This document shows, piece after piece, positions 1-11,374 of a stretch of DNA of 64,000 nucleotides. The number at the start of each line of letters is the position of its first letter. Positions within the stretch are counted from its first letter, which is position 1. The notes under the pieces were generated by a model. The model had not been told where the DNA came from and searched no databases. It saw only the letters and a program-made list of their open reading frames with translations. The position numbers were made by a program, and so were the translations under genes. Origin of the DNA: Haliotis cracherodii (taxonomy: Eukaryota); assembly GCF_022045235.1 (NCBI RefSeq), contig NW_027266286.1, positions 68,696,001-68,760,000 of the forward strand. The letters are read 5' to 3'.

Positions 1-77
1 CGTCGAATACGGTAACCTAGTTTGGTCATACGCTGACGAACTGTGACAGTCTTTCAAAACTTGACCGTTGGTCACCA

Positions 78-307
78 ATGCTGCTGGACATATGAAAGTA
101 AACACAAGAATATTGTATTTAGCCAAAACATTTCAAACTTTATCCGTTTCTGTGTTGAAAACAGCCGCAAATCACTACAAATGTAGTCCACAAAAACAAC
201 TATGATACCCGTATCAAATACATCATCATTAAATAACCATTTCTTGTTTGTATTATTTTTTTCCACCATCAAACCTGGATGTATACTTTTTTTATTCCGG
301 CGGTTGT
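78..307 (-). mobile_element. Tc1/mariner-type MITE (family M1), degenerate copy
   Basis: Reverse-complement homology to 31651-31857 and 53474-53686 (shared 'tggttatttaatgatgatgtatttgatacggg' core); decayed TIRs of the type (c)tgc.gg..aaa.gaaagta.acac. Confidence 0.6.
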
Positions 308-440
308 GCGTGTACTTTCGGGAAGGTGTCCACGCTTGAATAAACTTGTTATCGAATAATTCTGCAAATGTAAGAACGCTTCAAAGTTCGATTGCATCCT
401 GTTCTGTCAAATCTGCAAACCTTAGAAATATCTCCCTGAG

Positions 441-600
441 AGGGGGGCCTGAAAAAGAGGGATGGGTGGGGAGAGAGGGAGGGGCGGAAAGAGTGGGGGT
501 GGGTGGGTAGGAGAGAGATGGGTGGGGTGGGAGAGAGAGAGCGAGAGAGAGAGAGGGAGAGAGAGAGAGAGACGGATGGGGAGGAGAGAGACGGATGGAG
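441..600. repeat. Purine-rich (GA)n / G-run low-complexity tract
   Basis: Direct reading; explains ORFs 381..668 and 422..646. Confidence 0.9.
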
Positions 601-1804
601 AAGCGTACTGAGCGATCGACATGTAGATCTCTAGCCACTGACCCACTTAGAGTAACATATTGGGACATAAATTAAGACCAAAATGTGTATTAACGTGTCC
701 CGTGTTACAGTTGCGAATATATAGTATGTCATGATAGTCCATACTAACATCTAACGGAAACACGTAGCTTAATCGCCGCGTTAACGATGCTAAACACTAA
801 CTAATGCGTGCAGTTTCACAAATGCACAAAACTCAATTAACACATACGATAGTATTTGTATACACAGGTTATAGAAATAATATATGACAGTTTACAAACA
901 CAAAAAAAACTTACAACTCATTGAGAAATGAAAGCCTTTAGACTTTTTCAGTGTTTTGTAAGGGGGTAGTTTGCGCTAATCCGTCAGATGAGACAGTACG
1001 TGACTGGGAATAATTGTTGCCACTAAGTACCCGGTTATGAAAGTGTCGAGTGGTGAGATAACCCCTCAGACGCGTGTCGTCACCCCCATCACAGGCTATT
1101 GCGGGCTGGAATTTGCTCGTGTTTTGTCTTCTTGTTTGTGACCTTTGAACTGAAATGGTGCCACTGGCGTTAAATGGGTCGTCTCAAATATATTGGTCAA
1201 TATTTCAATACCGTATTTTCTTCAAATATTGACTTGATGAGTATATGATATGTTTGAAATTCAATATATGTTCGCGAGCATGTGTGTTAAGTCAGTCTGA
1301 GCGAGTGAATGCGTGAATGGTAAAGGTTTTCGGGAGTGTTGGTTTACGCCGCATTTATAAAACAACCCTTATCTACACAATGTCGAGCCTGGGCCAGGCA
1401 AACCAGTGACTGATAGCAAGAGACACGATACACGTCATTGGGACACTGAAACACAACGAAGAAGCTCACACATTGAAAACAACCCAACTCTATATTAATT
1501 TATAATCCCTCTATGTATTATCAGCAGTCGAATGTATTTGACATCGTCACCATTTCAGCACCGTCTTACACCAACAGAATAACCCATTAATCACCACTGA
1601 AGCGTTGATAAAGGAAGAGACAGTATTAAGACAATATCGGCGGTTTGTGTCAATTGAACCACCATTCGATTAAACGATAAATTCTGAAGCTGATTTCGGT
1701 CGTCCTGCAGACTAATATATAGTCACTGAAAAACGTTACGTCACAAAATTTAACAAAGATTCTATAAGACACCCTCTAGTATGAAGAGACATAAAGTCGT
1801 TTAT

Positions 1805-2720
1805 TAGAGCTGAGAAATGGGATGAATTTAGGGTGCTAGAACTGAGAAGTTCAGGGATGAGTAAATGCTGCTAGAGCTGAGAAGGGGATGGGTATAGGTC
1901 GCTGGAGCTGAGATTGGGGATTGGTATAGTTTGCTAGAGCTGAGAAGTGGGGTGTGTATAGGCTGCTAGAGCTGATTGGGGATTGCTAGAACTGGGAAGT
2001 GGGGTGTGTATAGGTTGCTGGGGCTGAGAGGGTTTGAGTATAGTTTGCTGGAGCTGAGAGGGCAAGTGAGTATAGACATAGCGCCTAGAACGGGATTTGT
2101 ATAGGCTGCTAGAGTTGAGACGCGGGTGAGTATAGGCTGCTAGAGAGAGTTGAGACGGGGGTGAGTATAGGCTGCTAGAGCTGAGACGGAGGTGAGTATA
2201 GGCTGCTAGAGTTGAGACGGGGGTGAGTATAGGCTGCTAGAGTTGAGACGGGGATGAGTATAGGCTGCTAGAGTTGAGACGTGGGTGAGTATAGGCTGCT
2301 AGAGCTGAGACGGGGGTGAGTATAGGCTGCTAGAGTTGAGACGTGGGTGAGTATAGGCTGCTAGAGCTGAGACGGGGGTGAGTATAGGCTGCTAGAGTTG
2401 AGACGGGGGTGAGTATAGGCTTATAGCTCTGAGAATGAGATGAGTATAGGCTGCTGGGTCTGGGAATGAGATGAGTATAGGTTGCTAGGGCTGAGAATAA
2501 GGAGAGTATACACTGCTAGAGCTGAGAAGGTTTAAGTATAGTTTGCTGGGGCTGAGAAGGCGACTGAGTATAGGCTGATAGCGCTGCGAAGGGGATATGT
2601 ATAGGTTGCTAGAGCTGACAATTGGGTGAGTATAGGCTGCTAGAGCTGAGAAGGGGATGAGTATAGGTTTGTAGAGCTAAGAATAAGGAGAGTATACACT
2701 GCTAGAGCTGAGAAGGGGGT
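1805..2720. repeat. 31-bp minisatellite (consensus gctgctagagttgagacgggggtgagtatag)
   Basis: Exact 31-bp period in the core (units at 2208, 2239, 2270, 2301, 2332, 2363, 2394) with degenerate flanks; resumes at 3005-3040 after a SINE insertion. Confidence 0.95.
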
Positions 2721-2722
2721 GG

Positions 2723-3005
2723 GGGGCACGGGTGGCCCAGTCGTCTAAGGCGCCGCGATTTGCTGTGCAGAGTTTCGTCCCTTGGACACGCCAGAAACCT
2801 ATGATTGTGGGTTCGAATCCCGGTTCGCCCCGATTATGTTTCTAGGTTTGTCAGCACCATACCCGTGCTCGTGGGTTTCACCGAAGTGGTAAACGTCTGA
2901 GACCGGCATCACTTCGGGCTTTCCTCCCACATTAAGCTGAAACGCCGTGTTATAACTGGAAAACTGTTAAAAGCGGCGTTGAACCAAACTCACTCACTCA
3001 CTCAC
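2723..3005 (+). mobile_element. SINE family C, full length (tRNA-Leu-like head, V-domain-like core, (ACTC)n tail)
   Basis: A box tggcccagtcgtctaaggcg; B box gggttcgaatccc; core gtgggtttcaccg...ctttcctcccaca; tail gcggcgttgaaccaa(actc)n; flanked by ~14-bp TSD ctgagaaggggg(g)tg inside the minisatellite. Confidence 0.9.
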
Positions 3006-5821
3006 TGAGAAGGGGGGTGAGTATCAGCTGGCAGGGCTGTGATAAGAAATTGGGTGATTGTCCTACTTGTATATGATCTTGGTTCTGAAAGAGACACTAG
3101 TCGCCTCCATGCAGTCTCACTCTGTTCCCTGCAGGCAAAATGCTTCATCGGTTTTGAGACATGCCCCGTACTCGGGGTCATTCCAAACGTCTCATTAAAT
3201 TCGACCTGATTTTTTAGCTAAACGCTTCACAGCTGACCTCGTGTCAAGATTGAAATCGGTGAGCATGATTGAAATGTACCAGTTTTAATCCCAAACTGAA
3301 GGGGATTATCGACGCAATGTACGCGATGGAATGTCGGCAAAGCTTCAGAGTTGAAAGATATTTAAATTGGACAGACTGAAAAGGAAACATTCTTTGAACG
3401 TTAATCTGTCTGTACCCTTTTTTCTAATTCCCGTGACACAGCCTTTGTATTTTTTTTTAAATTGCAGATGGTGGTTTGGTTTGGCTACTCACAATGAGAC
3501 TGCGTCATATTTCAGGTTATCATGTTCTGTTGATATCATGTACATAGTCTGTCGTCTCGGTTGGCAAAACAAATTAAATATTTATTTCATAAATAAAATG
3601 ATTTTGTTCATTGCCCAGCCCATCAATACCCCCACCCCCACGCCAACCATCTCCTTACCCCAAATGTACACACAACCACCTGTATCCTGTACCCATATGA
3701 TATTTGTGATGAAAACATGTGCACCAGGCTCACGTGCAGAACGTGTTTTAATTTAAATCATTAAATACAAATGATACACAACGGAATCAGTTCACCCTTC
3801 CATAACGATATTCTGATACCGCGATACTCGCAGTACTACTTTCCTTTTTCATCGATATATCGATAACCTCTCAAGTAAAAGTTTATGTTCAATATTAACT
3901 CTCGTACAAAAGAAAGAATACACTTCAATCTTGGATTTGACCCCCAAAATACAAACATTATCGAAACTTTACTCGGCTGACATATTGTTTGATACTCATT
4001 TATATGATACACGTAATATCGCTTATGATACTCGAATAAAAACATTACCCATGTCTTATCTGTTTCATTTTTTTTAGCCACCGTCAATCATTTGTGTATA
4101 CTTTCATTTGCCCGACAGTTTTATTTTAAAAATAAAAAAACACTTTGCTTCCCATAATAGATTTAGGCTAACGCGAGCTTTTTTGTATGCTTGACTTTTT
4201 TCAAGTGGAAACTAGGTGATGCGTTGTCGACTTTATAACAGTAGTGGCAAGGAGGGGGTGGGGGTGGGGGTGAAGGTGGGTGGGTGGAATGAGCCATTCC
4301 AAATTGTACCCATGTGGGTATTGGAACGTGAAACACGACCACTTTAACCACTGCCCTACCATACATCCACTCTGAAAGTCCAGTCCACTAGAATAATTAG
4401 AAATGTGTGATCACGTTGACCTAGCGGTAGCGTTCCTTGGCGATACTCGAACTCTGTCTACAATGAATTAGACCCTACCCTCATCAGTAAACAACGAGTT
4501 AGGTTCCCAAACCCCAGAGAATGGATCTCCGTTTAAATATTTACCTTTTCCGATACGTTTTGTAGTAAGGTAAATGTTTGTGTTCATTTCTACTAACAAC
4601 GACCACCGTGTCTAATACAGCATGGAGCTGATTTGACCCCTAGCTCTAAATGTGTTGTTGAAATGACAATAACAAGCTTCCACGGCTCTCTAGTGTTATT
4701 TGAGTAAGGGACAAGTTGTCATTCAAGCAATTTCAACGTCATTCACTGCATGGCATTTGCACGTATGGAGGAATTATCATATTAATTGCTGAGTCAACGA
4801 ATTTTTATCTGCGTTACCCGGGAAATAGTACTAGAAAAACAAACCCAAATCACCTCTACCGTTACCAAACAAACAACTGCTAGGATTTCCGTAGCTGCTG
4901 AAATAATTGCCATTTAGTAGGTTTCTTCACAAGATCTTGTTTAATGCTTTATGCAAAGAAACGGTAATTGTTGTGTTAGTTAGACCATAAATTGATGCTG
5001 AACGCTTAGACTACCAGTGCTTTTGTCGAGATTTTATACCTGTTCCTTTTTTAGAAAGCGGTGACATCAAAGGTTTTCATTCTTTACGCCGATGGGCGAG
5101 CGACCTCCCGCGAGGTTCGGTGTCTTTGATGTTATGGTTTATATATACAGCAAGTGGAAAATAATGCCCAATCTAAAGCAAATTGTGCAATTGTAAGCGA
5201 GTTTACGATTTGGACGTCGGGAAAGATTTGATAAGGAATTTTCATCATTATTACAGCGGATTACGCTGTGTAACGTTCAAGGATTTATGGACACTTTATC
5301 TTATCAGTTCTGCAATCCATCGTGGAATCTGTTTCTGTGATATGCTACAGAGTAATTTATTGATCTATAAATATGTCGGACAAAGAAATCATTTACTCAG
5401 ATGAAATACGTTTATTTGTTCAAAGGTATTGATGATGGTGTAAATACCAGATATTGATCGGGTTGCTGTGAGTTAATTCGCTGTAATGGACATCAAAGCA
5501 CATGACATGCAGTTATGTCAATAAAAATAACCCTTTTATATCGATTACCCTTTATCTAACTTTTTTTTAAAAACAAAATGACTTGTAAACAGTACTGTAT
5601 AGCCCCATAAAATAAATCCTAATGTTTATTACTGTTTGCATGAAGTTTTAACCCGTTTGTGCCTTCTTTCGTAGTATTGGTGATTCAGTGATGTACTTGT
5701 GTGGTGTGGGTATGCGTGTGTATGTGCGTGTGCGTGTGCGTGTGCGTGTGTATGTATAAAGAAACTGACTGAACGTTCTATTGACGTATATCTGTATCTA
5801 TTAATGTATTTATTTTACTGA

Positions 5822-6046
5822 CCGCCTCTGTGGTAGAGCGTCTGTCAAGTGAGTCGAAGGTTGTGGGTTCGATCCCCGGCCGAGTCATACCAAAAAACGT
5901 TTAAAGGTGGTACTTCTGAGGTTAACTTCGCTCGTCATTAAGGGGCTAAAACAAGGACCGGTTGGCAGAGTCAGTGTACTGTGTCTGAGTGGGGTACGCT
6001 GGGGCACTGTTAAACTGTGGCATGGTATCACCTCACCTCACCTCAC
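5822..6046 (+). mobile_element. SINE family D (tRNA head, Meta/Mesc-domain-like), internally deleted
   Basis: B box gggttcgatcccc, then ccgagtcataccaaaaaacgtttaaaggtggtac; (CACCT)n tail; homologous to 32824-33167. Confidence 0.8.
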
Positions 6047-6265
6047 ATCGATTTTAATACATATTTATATTATTATCATTAATTAATTAAAACCAACATT
6101 CATACATTTATTAACACACATCACCAGGCCGTTTTGAGGGCCTGTCTGGACAAGGCAGGGTTACTTCTCACACATCTACCTTAATTAAAGGGTGTAGCTC
6201 ATTTCCAATCTGTCTAATTGTCTCGTTGTAATAAGGGTCATCATTAAACTGCTGGACGGATATGC

Positions 6266-6530
6266 GACCCGTGAAGATCCGGGGTAGAATAGGTCTTCAG
6301 CAACCCATGCTTGCAGTAAAAGGTGACTATGCTTGACGTAATAGGCGACTAACGGGATCGGGTGGTCAGGCTCGTTGACTTGGTTGATGGAAGTCATCGT
6401 ATCCCAATTGCGTGGATCGATGCTCATGATGTCAATCACTGGATTTTATAGTCCTGACTCCTTTATTTACAGACCGCCATCATATAGCTGGAATGTTGAT
6501 GAGTGCGGCTTTACAAAACAAACAACCAAT
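6266..6530 (+). mobile_element. Retroposon family B, full length (no tRNA head, structured 5' end, (AAAC)n tail)
   Basis: Starts gacccgtgaagatccggggtagaataggtcttcagcaaccc; ends tagctggaat.ttg.tgagtgcggc + aaac repeats; at least 15 related copies or fragments in the window. Confidence 0.9.
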
Positions 6531-6552
6531 CTAACCCGGATCTTCACGGGTC

Positions 6553-6679
6553 TCATCAAAGTGGTAAACGTCTGAGACCTGCATCACTTCGGGCTTTCCT
6601 CCCACATTAAACTGACGCGCCAAATATGACTGTAATACTGTTCAAAGCGGCGTTAAAGCCAACTCACTCACTCACTCAC
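6553..6679 (+). mobile_element. SINE family C, 3' half
   Basis: aagtggtaaacgtctgagacc...ctttcctcccacattaa...gcggcgttaaagccaa(ctca)n. Confidence 0.85.
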
Positions 6680-6760
6680 ATACCTGGGTTACGTACAGGT
6701 AAATGAAGTATAACAGAAAGGTGTCTTATTTCAGCGTGCAATAAAGGCCACCCAAGCAGT

Positions 6761-6910
6761 CGCCGGGTAGCCGAGTGGTTCAAGCGCGCGCTTGTCACGT
6801 CGACCAATCTGGGTTTTGTTTCCCCCATGGATATATACGTACCATGCTTGCTATCCCTTCTGTGATGTGGATGAATATTGTTAAAGGCGGCGTGAACCAC
6901 TTCTCACTCG
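6761..6910 (+). mobile_element. SINE family A, degenerate
   Basis: gggtagccgagtggttcaagcg...gtcacg...ggcggcgtgaaccac; homologous to 9364-9528. Confidence 0.65.
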
Positions 6911-7573
6911 CCCATACAGTAGTCTTCTTGGATGATCATCATTAAAAAGTAACGTACCTTTAGGTTTACGGTTAAGAGGTTAAAAAACACGCGGTATGTC
7001 GCAAGTTGTTTAGGGTCAAGCATTCTTTTGTTATTATTTACTCAGAACATAAAAAACAATTTATACACCCGAGATCTCATCTGACAAGCGCACATACCAT
7101 GTTCAAATCGTCATATACGAAGATGCCAATCGTAAACAATGGCTAGACTCTCAACAATCTATCTCCACGGCTTGTCCACCTCATTAGTTGCACGGAATGG
7201 ATTTTATCTCATAAAAGGTACATCAAAGGTAAATAAAAAGCAAATAAATAAAGACGTGTACACCGAGATGGTCCATCGTCCCCGTAGGCGATGTCCATTA
7301 AGCTCACTGCCGATGGTGATGTTGATCTCTGATGATCATCATAATCTACTTGTTCTTTTGTTCGAACGAATTGTAAATATGTTTTCTGAGAAAGGTGTAT
7401 AATATAGTGCATCTTAACTGCTGTTGGACTTAACCTGAAGACTATTTCTGGTTTCTATTAATGGCTATTTCGATGAAGGGATAATCCATCCTTTTACATA
7501 TAAGTAATGTCAAATGAAACATATAATCAGCATCATACAGTTTAACCTTTACCATGGGTTTTAGATTAGACTA

Positions 7574-7840
7574 GCCCTGTGAAGACCCGGGGTAGAATAA
7601 ATCTTCAGCAACCCATGCTTACCGTAAATGGCGACTACGCTTGTCGTAAGAGGCGAATAACGGGATCGGCTGGTCAGGCTCGCTGACTTGGTTTGATGCA
7701 TGTCATCGATCCCAATTGCTTGGATCGACGCTCATGATGTCAATCACTGGATCGTCTGGTCCAGATTCGATTATTTACAGACCGCCGTCATATAGCTGGA
7801 ATATTGCTGAGTGCGGCGTTAAACAATAAACAAACAACCA
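7574..7840 (+). mobile_element. Retroposon family B, full length
   Basis: Family consensus end to end; 11-bp TSD agattagacta (7563-7573 / 7841-7851), as expected of retrotransposition. Confidence 0.92.
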
Positions 7841-9329
7841 AGATTAGACTAAACAGACTCTCTACAGTAACAAAAACCGAAATTTTACCCAATATCAAAA
7901 CCCGATAACTTTTTCTCCCCTCCCCCTCCCGCCTCCCTCCAAAAGAAGCAAAAAACAATCAGTGGCAATATGGCGTTAACAAGGTCCACCCGGTAGTGCC
8001 AAATTTGATATTTTGGAGGAAAAGTCCTCTTGGCGTTCCCGGGACCAATAAGGACACGGTTTACTGACACGGAATTGTTCTCTCCCGGTACCAGGACCAG
8101 AATTCTCGATTTATGAGTTCGGCACCCCCGGGACTATCCGAAATTCTGATTTGCTTTCCAGACCCATAACCGTCACCATAGCGGTGGGGTGTGTTGTCAT
8201 CACTATTGTGACGTCATTGCACATCACGTTAACAATGGTATTACTTTACGTCAACAATGATGTTGGATTCGTGAATAATTTATATTTTTGTAAACCTCTA
8301 AACGAACATATGATCAGAAAATGTCAGGTACAGCGACAGAGGTTTGAGACAACACAGTGTAGATACCGGGGTTTCATGTTCATCCGTAGTTGAAGAGGGG
8401 CTTGCTCGACCATGCACATCAAAGGGTCCATGTTTATGATCATCTCATAAATATCCATTGATATGTACAGACAGCTGTCACGATACACGCATATTGTTGT
8501 TTTTAATATCATCAAAGCATATGCCGTTTTCAAAAAACGTCGTAAATATTATTGGACTCAACGGACTTATAATGTTTTTCCTGTTTTCGATTGCTATCAT
8601 TATGGGTCTATAAAAGTTTTCTCATAGTTCTGATAAAGAAAATTAAGAGGAAATTTGTCATCTGTTGTCATAAAAAGATTGAACACGTCAAATTTGTAAA
8701 TGTTTTATGGCTCAGGTTTTGCCCTTGAAATGGAAAAACCTTTTGATCTGTGGTAGAGCGAAGTTGTAAACAGGTTTCATCAGTATTTGAGGAGTGTGAT
8801 ACTGGTTTATCCTAAGTTTCGCTTTATGTTTAATATCATGTGACTACTTGTTGCTCGTACTACTTGCGGTTTAGGTTTTTAATTGAAATAATAATTATGA
8901 AAAAACGAAATTTAAAAAAAGTAAGTTTGCTTTTTAGATACGCACCAAACAGCTGATGTATCAACTCAACTCTATTCCCCAAGTACGTCCTTGTATCTGC
9001 AATATTAATATGTAGGAATTAATCCGATTTTTAAATAGACACGCCTGTACTTGTTTTAGTGATCAGCCGTTTCAGAAGTGTCGATTCAAATTAGAATGAC
9101 CATATCAATTGCTGAGTCAACATATTTTCAGTGAAAAAATATCAATTTGGATTTAACTCTTCGAGTAATTCAAAAAGAGCAGAAGATTCCTTCAATACGT
9201 GTTTGCCATTTCACCATATTTTCCATGTCTTAAAAATATATTCCAGAATATTTCACTATTTGATAGTGATTCGTGAATATTCGCTTTGGATAGAGTCGGA
9301 ATCATACAACGGTTTGAGCGGAGATTCCT

Positions 9330-9710
9330 TTGCAGATGACTACAACTTTCCTTTATGTCGAGCCGGTCGGGTTGCCTAGTGGTTAAATCGTTCGCTCGTC
9401 ACGCCGAAGACCCGGGTTCGATTCCCGACATGGGTACAATGTGTGAAGCCCATTTCTGGTGTCCCCCGCCGTGATATTGCTGGAATTTTGCTAAAAGCGG
9501 CGTAAAACCATACTCACTCACTCACTCACTTTATGTCGAGCAATATTCCAGCACAGCTCCAGCCTTTTGTGTTTAATATTTCACAACTTTTGAGGTACGA
9601 TCTAGTATGCTCTTTCTACCAAGATTTCGAAGAAAATCTTACGACTCTTTCTCAAAGGATGCTTGATCAAGATTCCAACATTCAAAACATCAGCAACGCT
9701 TTCACAGGTG
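9330..9710 (+). pseudogene. Decayed Penelope-like (Naiad-type) reverse transcriptase C-terminal fragment, split by a SINE
   Basis: After removing the SINE (one frameshift): DDYNFP(x)MSSNIPAQLQPFVFNISQLLRYDLVCSFYQDFEENLTTLSQRMLDQD. This matches the remembered PLE motif DDFNF..NFPFLSSNIP..PAYGVYISQLIRYARACS.Y.DF......L..KLL.QG. Confidence 0.8.
9364..9528 (+). mobile_element. SINE family A, full length (tRNA-Asp-like head, (ACTC)n tail)
   Basis: A box tgcctagtgg; gtcacgccgaagacccgggttcgattccc resembles tRNA-Asp(GTC); perfect 13-bp TSD ctttatgtcgagc (9351-9363 / 9529-9541). Confidence 0.95.
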
Positions 9711-9734
9711 GATGGTGGACAGGTGCAGAACATT

Positions 9735-9990
9735 TCAAAATTTCCATCAGTGACAAACATTGTGTTCGGTGAAATATTCCCTGTTTTGACTAGCATATAT
9801 GTTCCCGTGTTCTTTCAGGTGATCACCTGACTTGCCGTTGCATGTGTTTGTGACGGGTGCCACTGGTGGGGCAGAATACGCATACCTCTTCACGAACACC
9901 TGGTATCCACTAATTGAAAGTGATTCATAAAAACATGCTCATGATATGGTCAGAATCATACGTTGGAGATTTCTGAGGATTATGGATTTT
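9735..9990 (+). mobile_element. 3' non-coding region of the Penelope-like element (copy 1)
   Basis: Follows the RT fragment; gtgacgggtgccactggtggggcagaatacgc...gaacacctg block recurs at 13415-13665 (-) and 56915-57110 (+). Confidence 0.7.
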
Positions 9991-10002
9991 TTGGTCGCCA
10001 TT

Positions 10003-10044
10003 ACTATTATGATTATGATTATCATGATTATTATGATGATTATT

Positions 10045-10082
<38 letters not shown>

Positions 10083-10122
10083 ATTTATATTTATATTTAT
10101 ATTTATATTTATATTTATATTT
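10003..10122. repeat. Compound microsatellite (GAT/TAT)n + (TATATT)n
   Basis: Direct reading; source of the poly-His/Asp/Met ORFs. Confidence 0.95.
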
Positions 10123-10960
10123 GGTCAAATAAATTATTTGGTCTTTTTTATTAATTATCTTTCATTTCGATCCGCCACACCATGGGGTAAACCTACCCCA
10201 AGTACTCACAACATAACCTCAGTGTATTTATATATTTTCCATTATCACGAACTGTGCACTTTTCGTTGCCTTCTGTCCGACAACGTGGGAACATAACTTT
10301 ACTTTCAGATAAAACTTTCATAATTTTACGTTTTTTGTTATACCGTAACAATGATTCATAAACATTATTTGGTCAAATTGTTAGGGTATCCAATTACTTT
10401 GAAGTAGGCCCAATTAAACTAATTAGCTTAGGCCTTACGCAAAGTTCGATTTTAAACAAAACATATCTCCGTCCAAACGGCTGAGCAGGGTCTTGCAACA
10501 GACGTGCGTCGGGGACCGATGCGTGCAAACGGTTCATAAGCGCTTTAAACTTTAAAGTTTGGAATTTCAATTACCGAAAACAGCTTGTCGTTTTACGCTC
10601 ATTTTCTTTTCAAAGTGAAAGTGGCATATTTTCTTTTTTGGGGACGGGAATTAACTAATGGCCTCTTACAATCAACACCCATTGAACCAGCATTTGCCAC
10701 TTGGTATAAATAGGGTGAATTATAGGACGACGGCACGGTACGTGTTTTCTTTCTCACCATTTGTTGTTTCGGGAAACAAAATATGTTGATCAACAGTTCA
10801 TGTTTTGTTTGTACTCGGGAATACTCGGGGTGTTTTGAATTTTTCCCGTGAAGAAATACGTTTTAAATTTCATGGATATTCAGAATGAGTGAGTTTTAAC
10901 ATCGAATCGGCAATAGTACAGTTATGAACACACAATGCCATTTAGAAAGTGGTCAAATGT

Positions 10961-11168
10961 AACAAATGTTATATTTGGGATAACACTTTCTGAGTAAAGT
11001 ACAGATTCTCGTACTTTTTGGACTGAGAGCGGTGGCTGAGTGGGTTAGATCGCTGACTTTGTGTGCTGGCAACAAGGTGCCTCACTCTGGCAGTGTGGGT
11101 TCGAATCCCCAAAAGAATGAGAATCTGTACTTTACTCAGAAAGTGTTATCCAAAATGTAACATTTGTT
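10961..11168 (+). mobile_element. tRNA-like head (11025-11109) enclosed by ~60-bp inverted repeats
   Basis: A box tggctgagtgg; B box gggttcgaatccc. Arms 10961-11021 and 11109-11168 contain ggataacactttctgagtaaagtacagattctc and its perfect reverse complement. Confidence 0.75.
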
Positions 11169-11374
11169 CAATAATACAGTTGTAGAGCGACGAGAACGCG
11201 ATATTGAATTGTTAAATACCTGTCGACAGTAGAACAGTGAGAAGAACATCACAGTTGTACATATGATTATTAGATTATAACACATGGTTATTCAACAGGG
11301 TAAAGGGTGTTTGTACAAATCAGCCTATAGACAACCAGTAACCAAAGCTGGTCCCCTTACGGGGGATCACTGAG

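Noticed and set aside
1805-2720. CRISPR-like periodicity of ~31-bp repeats
   Set aside because: Head-to-tail repeats without unique spacers; eukaryotic context; no cas genes.
6266-6359. Calling the family B head an HDV-like, pistol or twister ribozyme
   Set aside because: No P1 partner or 3-bp P3/L3 for HDV; helix order does not fit pistol; twister core motifs are absent. Kept only as an unclassified candidate.
6185-6575. Recurring 'family' of small ORFs (…SQLRGSMLMMSITGLSGPDSIIYRPPSYSWNIAECGVKQQ…) at many loci
   Set aside because: All are translations of retroposon family B copies, with inconsistent starts, stops and frameshifts.
9364-9432. tRNA-like sequences (also 11025-11109, 17810-17877, 47232-47300 and others) as true tRNA genes
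   Set aside because: No complete acceptor stem or cloverleaf; followed by element bodies and, for the SINE copies, tails and TSDs.
9925-10296. Poly-His, poly-Asp and poly-Met ORFs
   Set aside because: Compound microsatellite translations.
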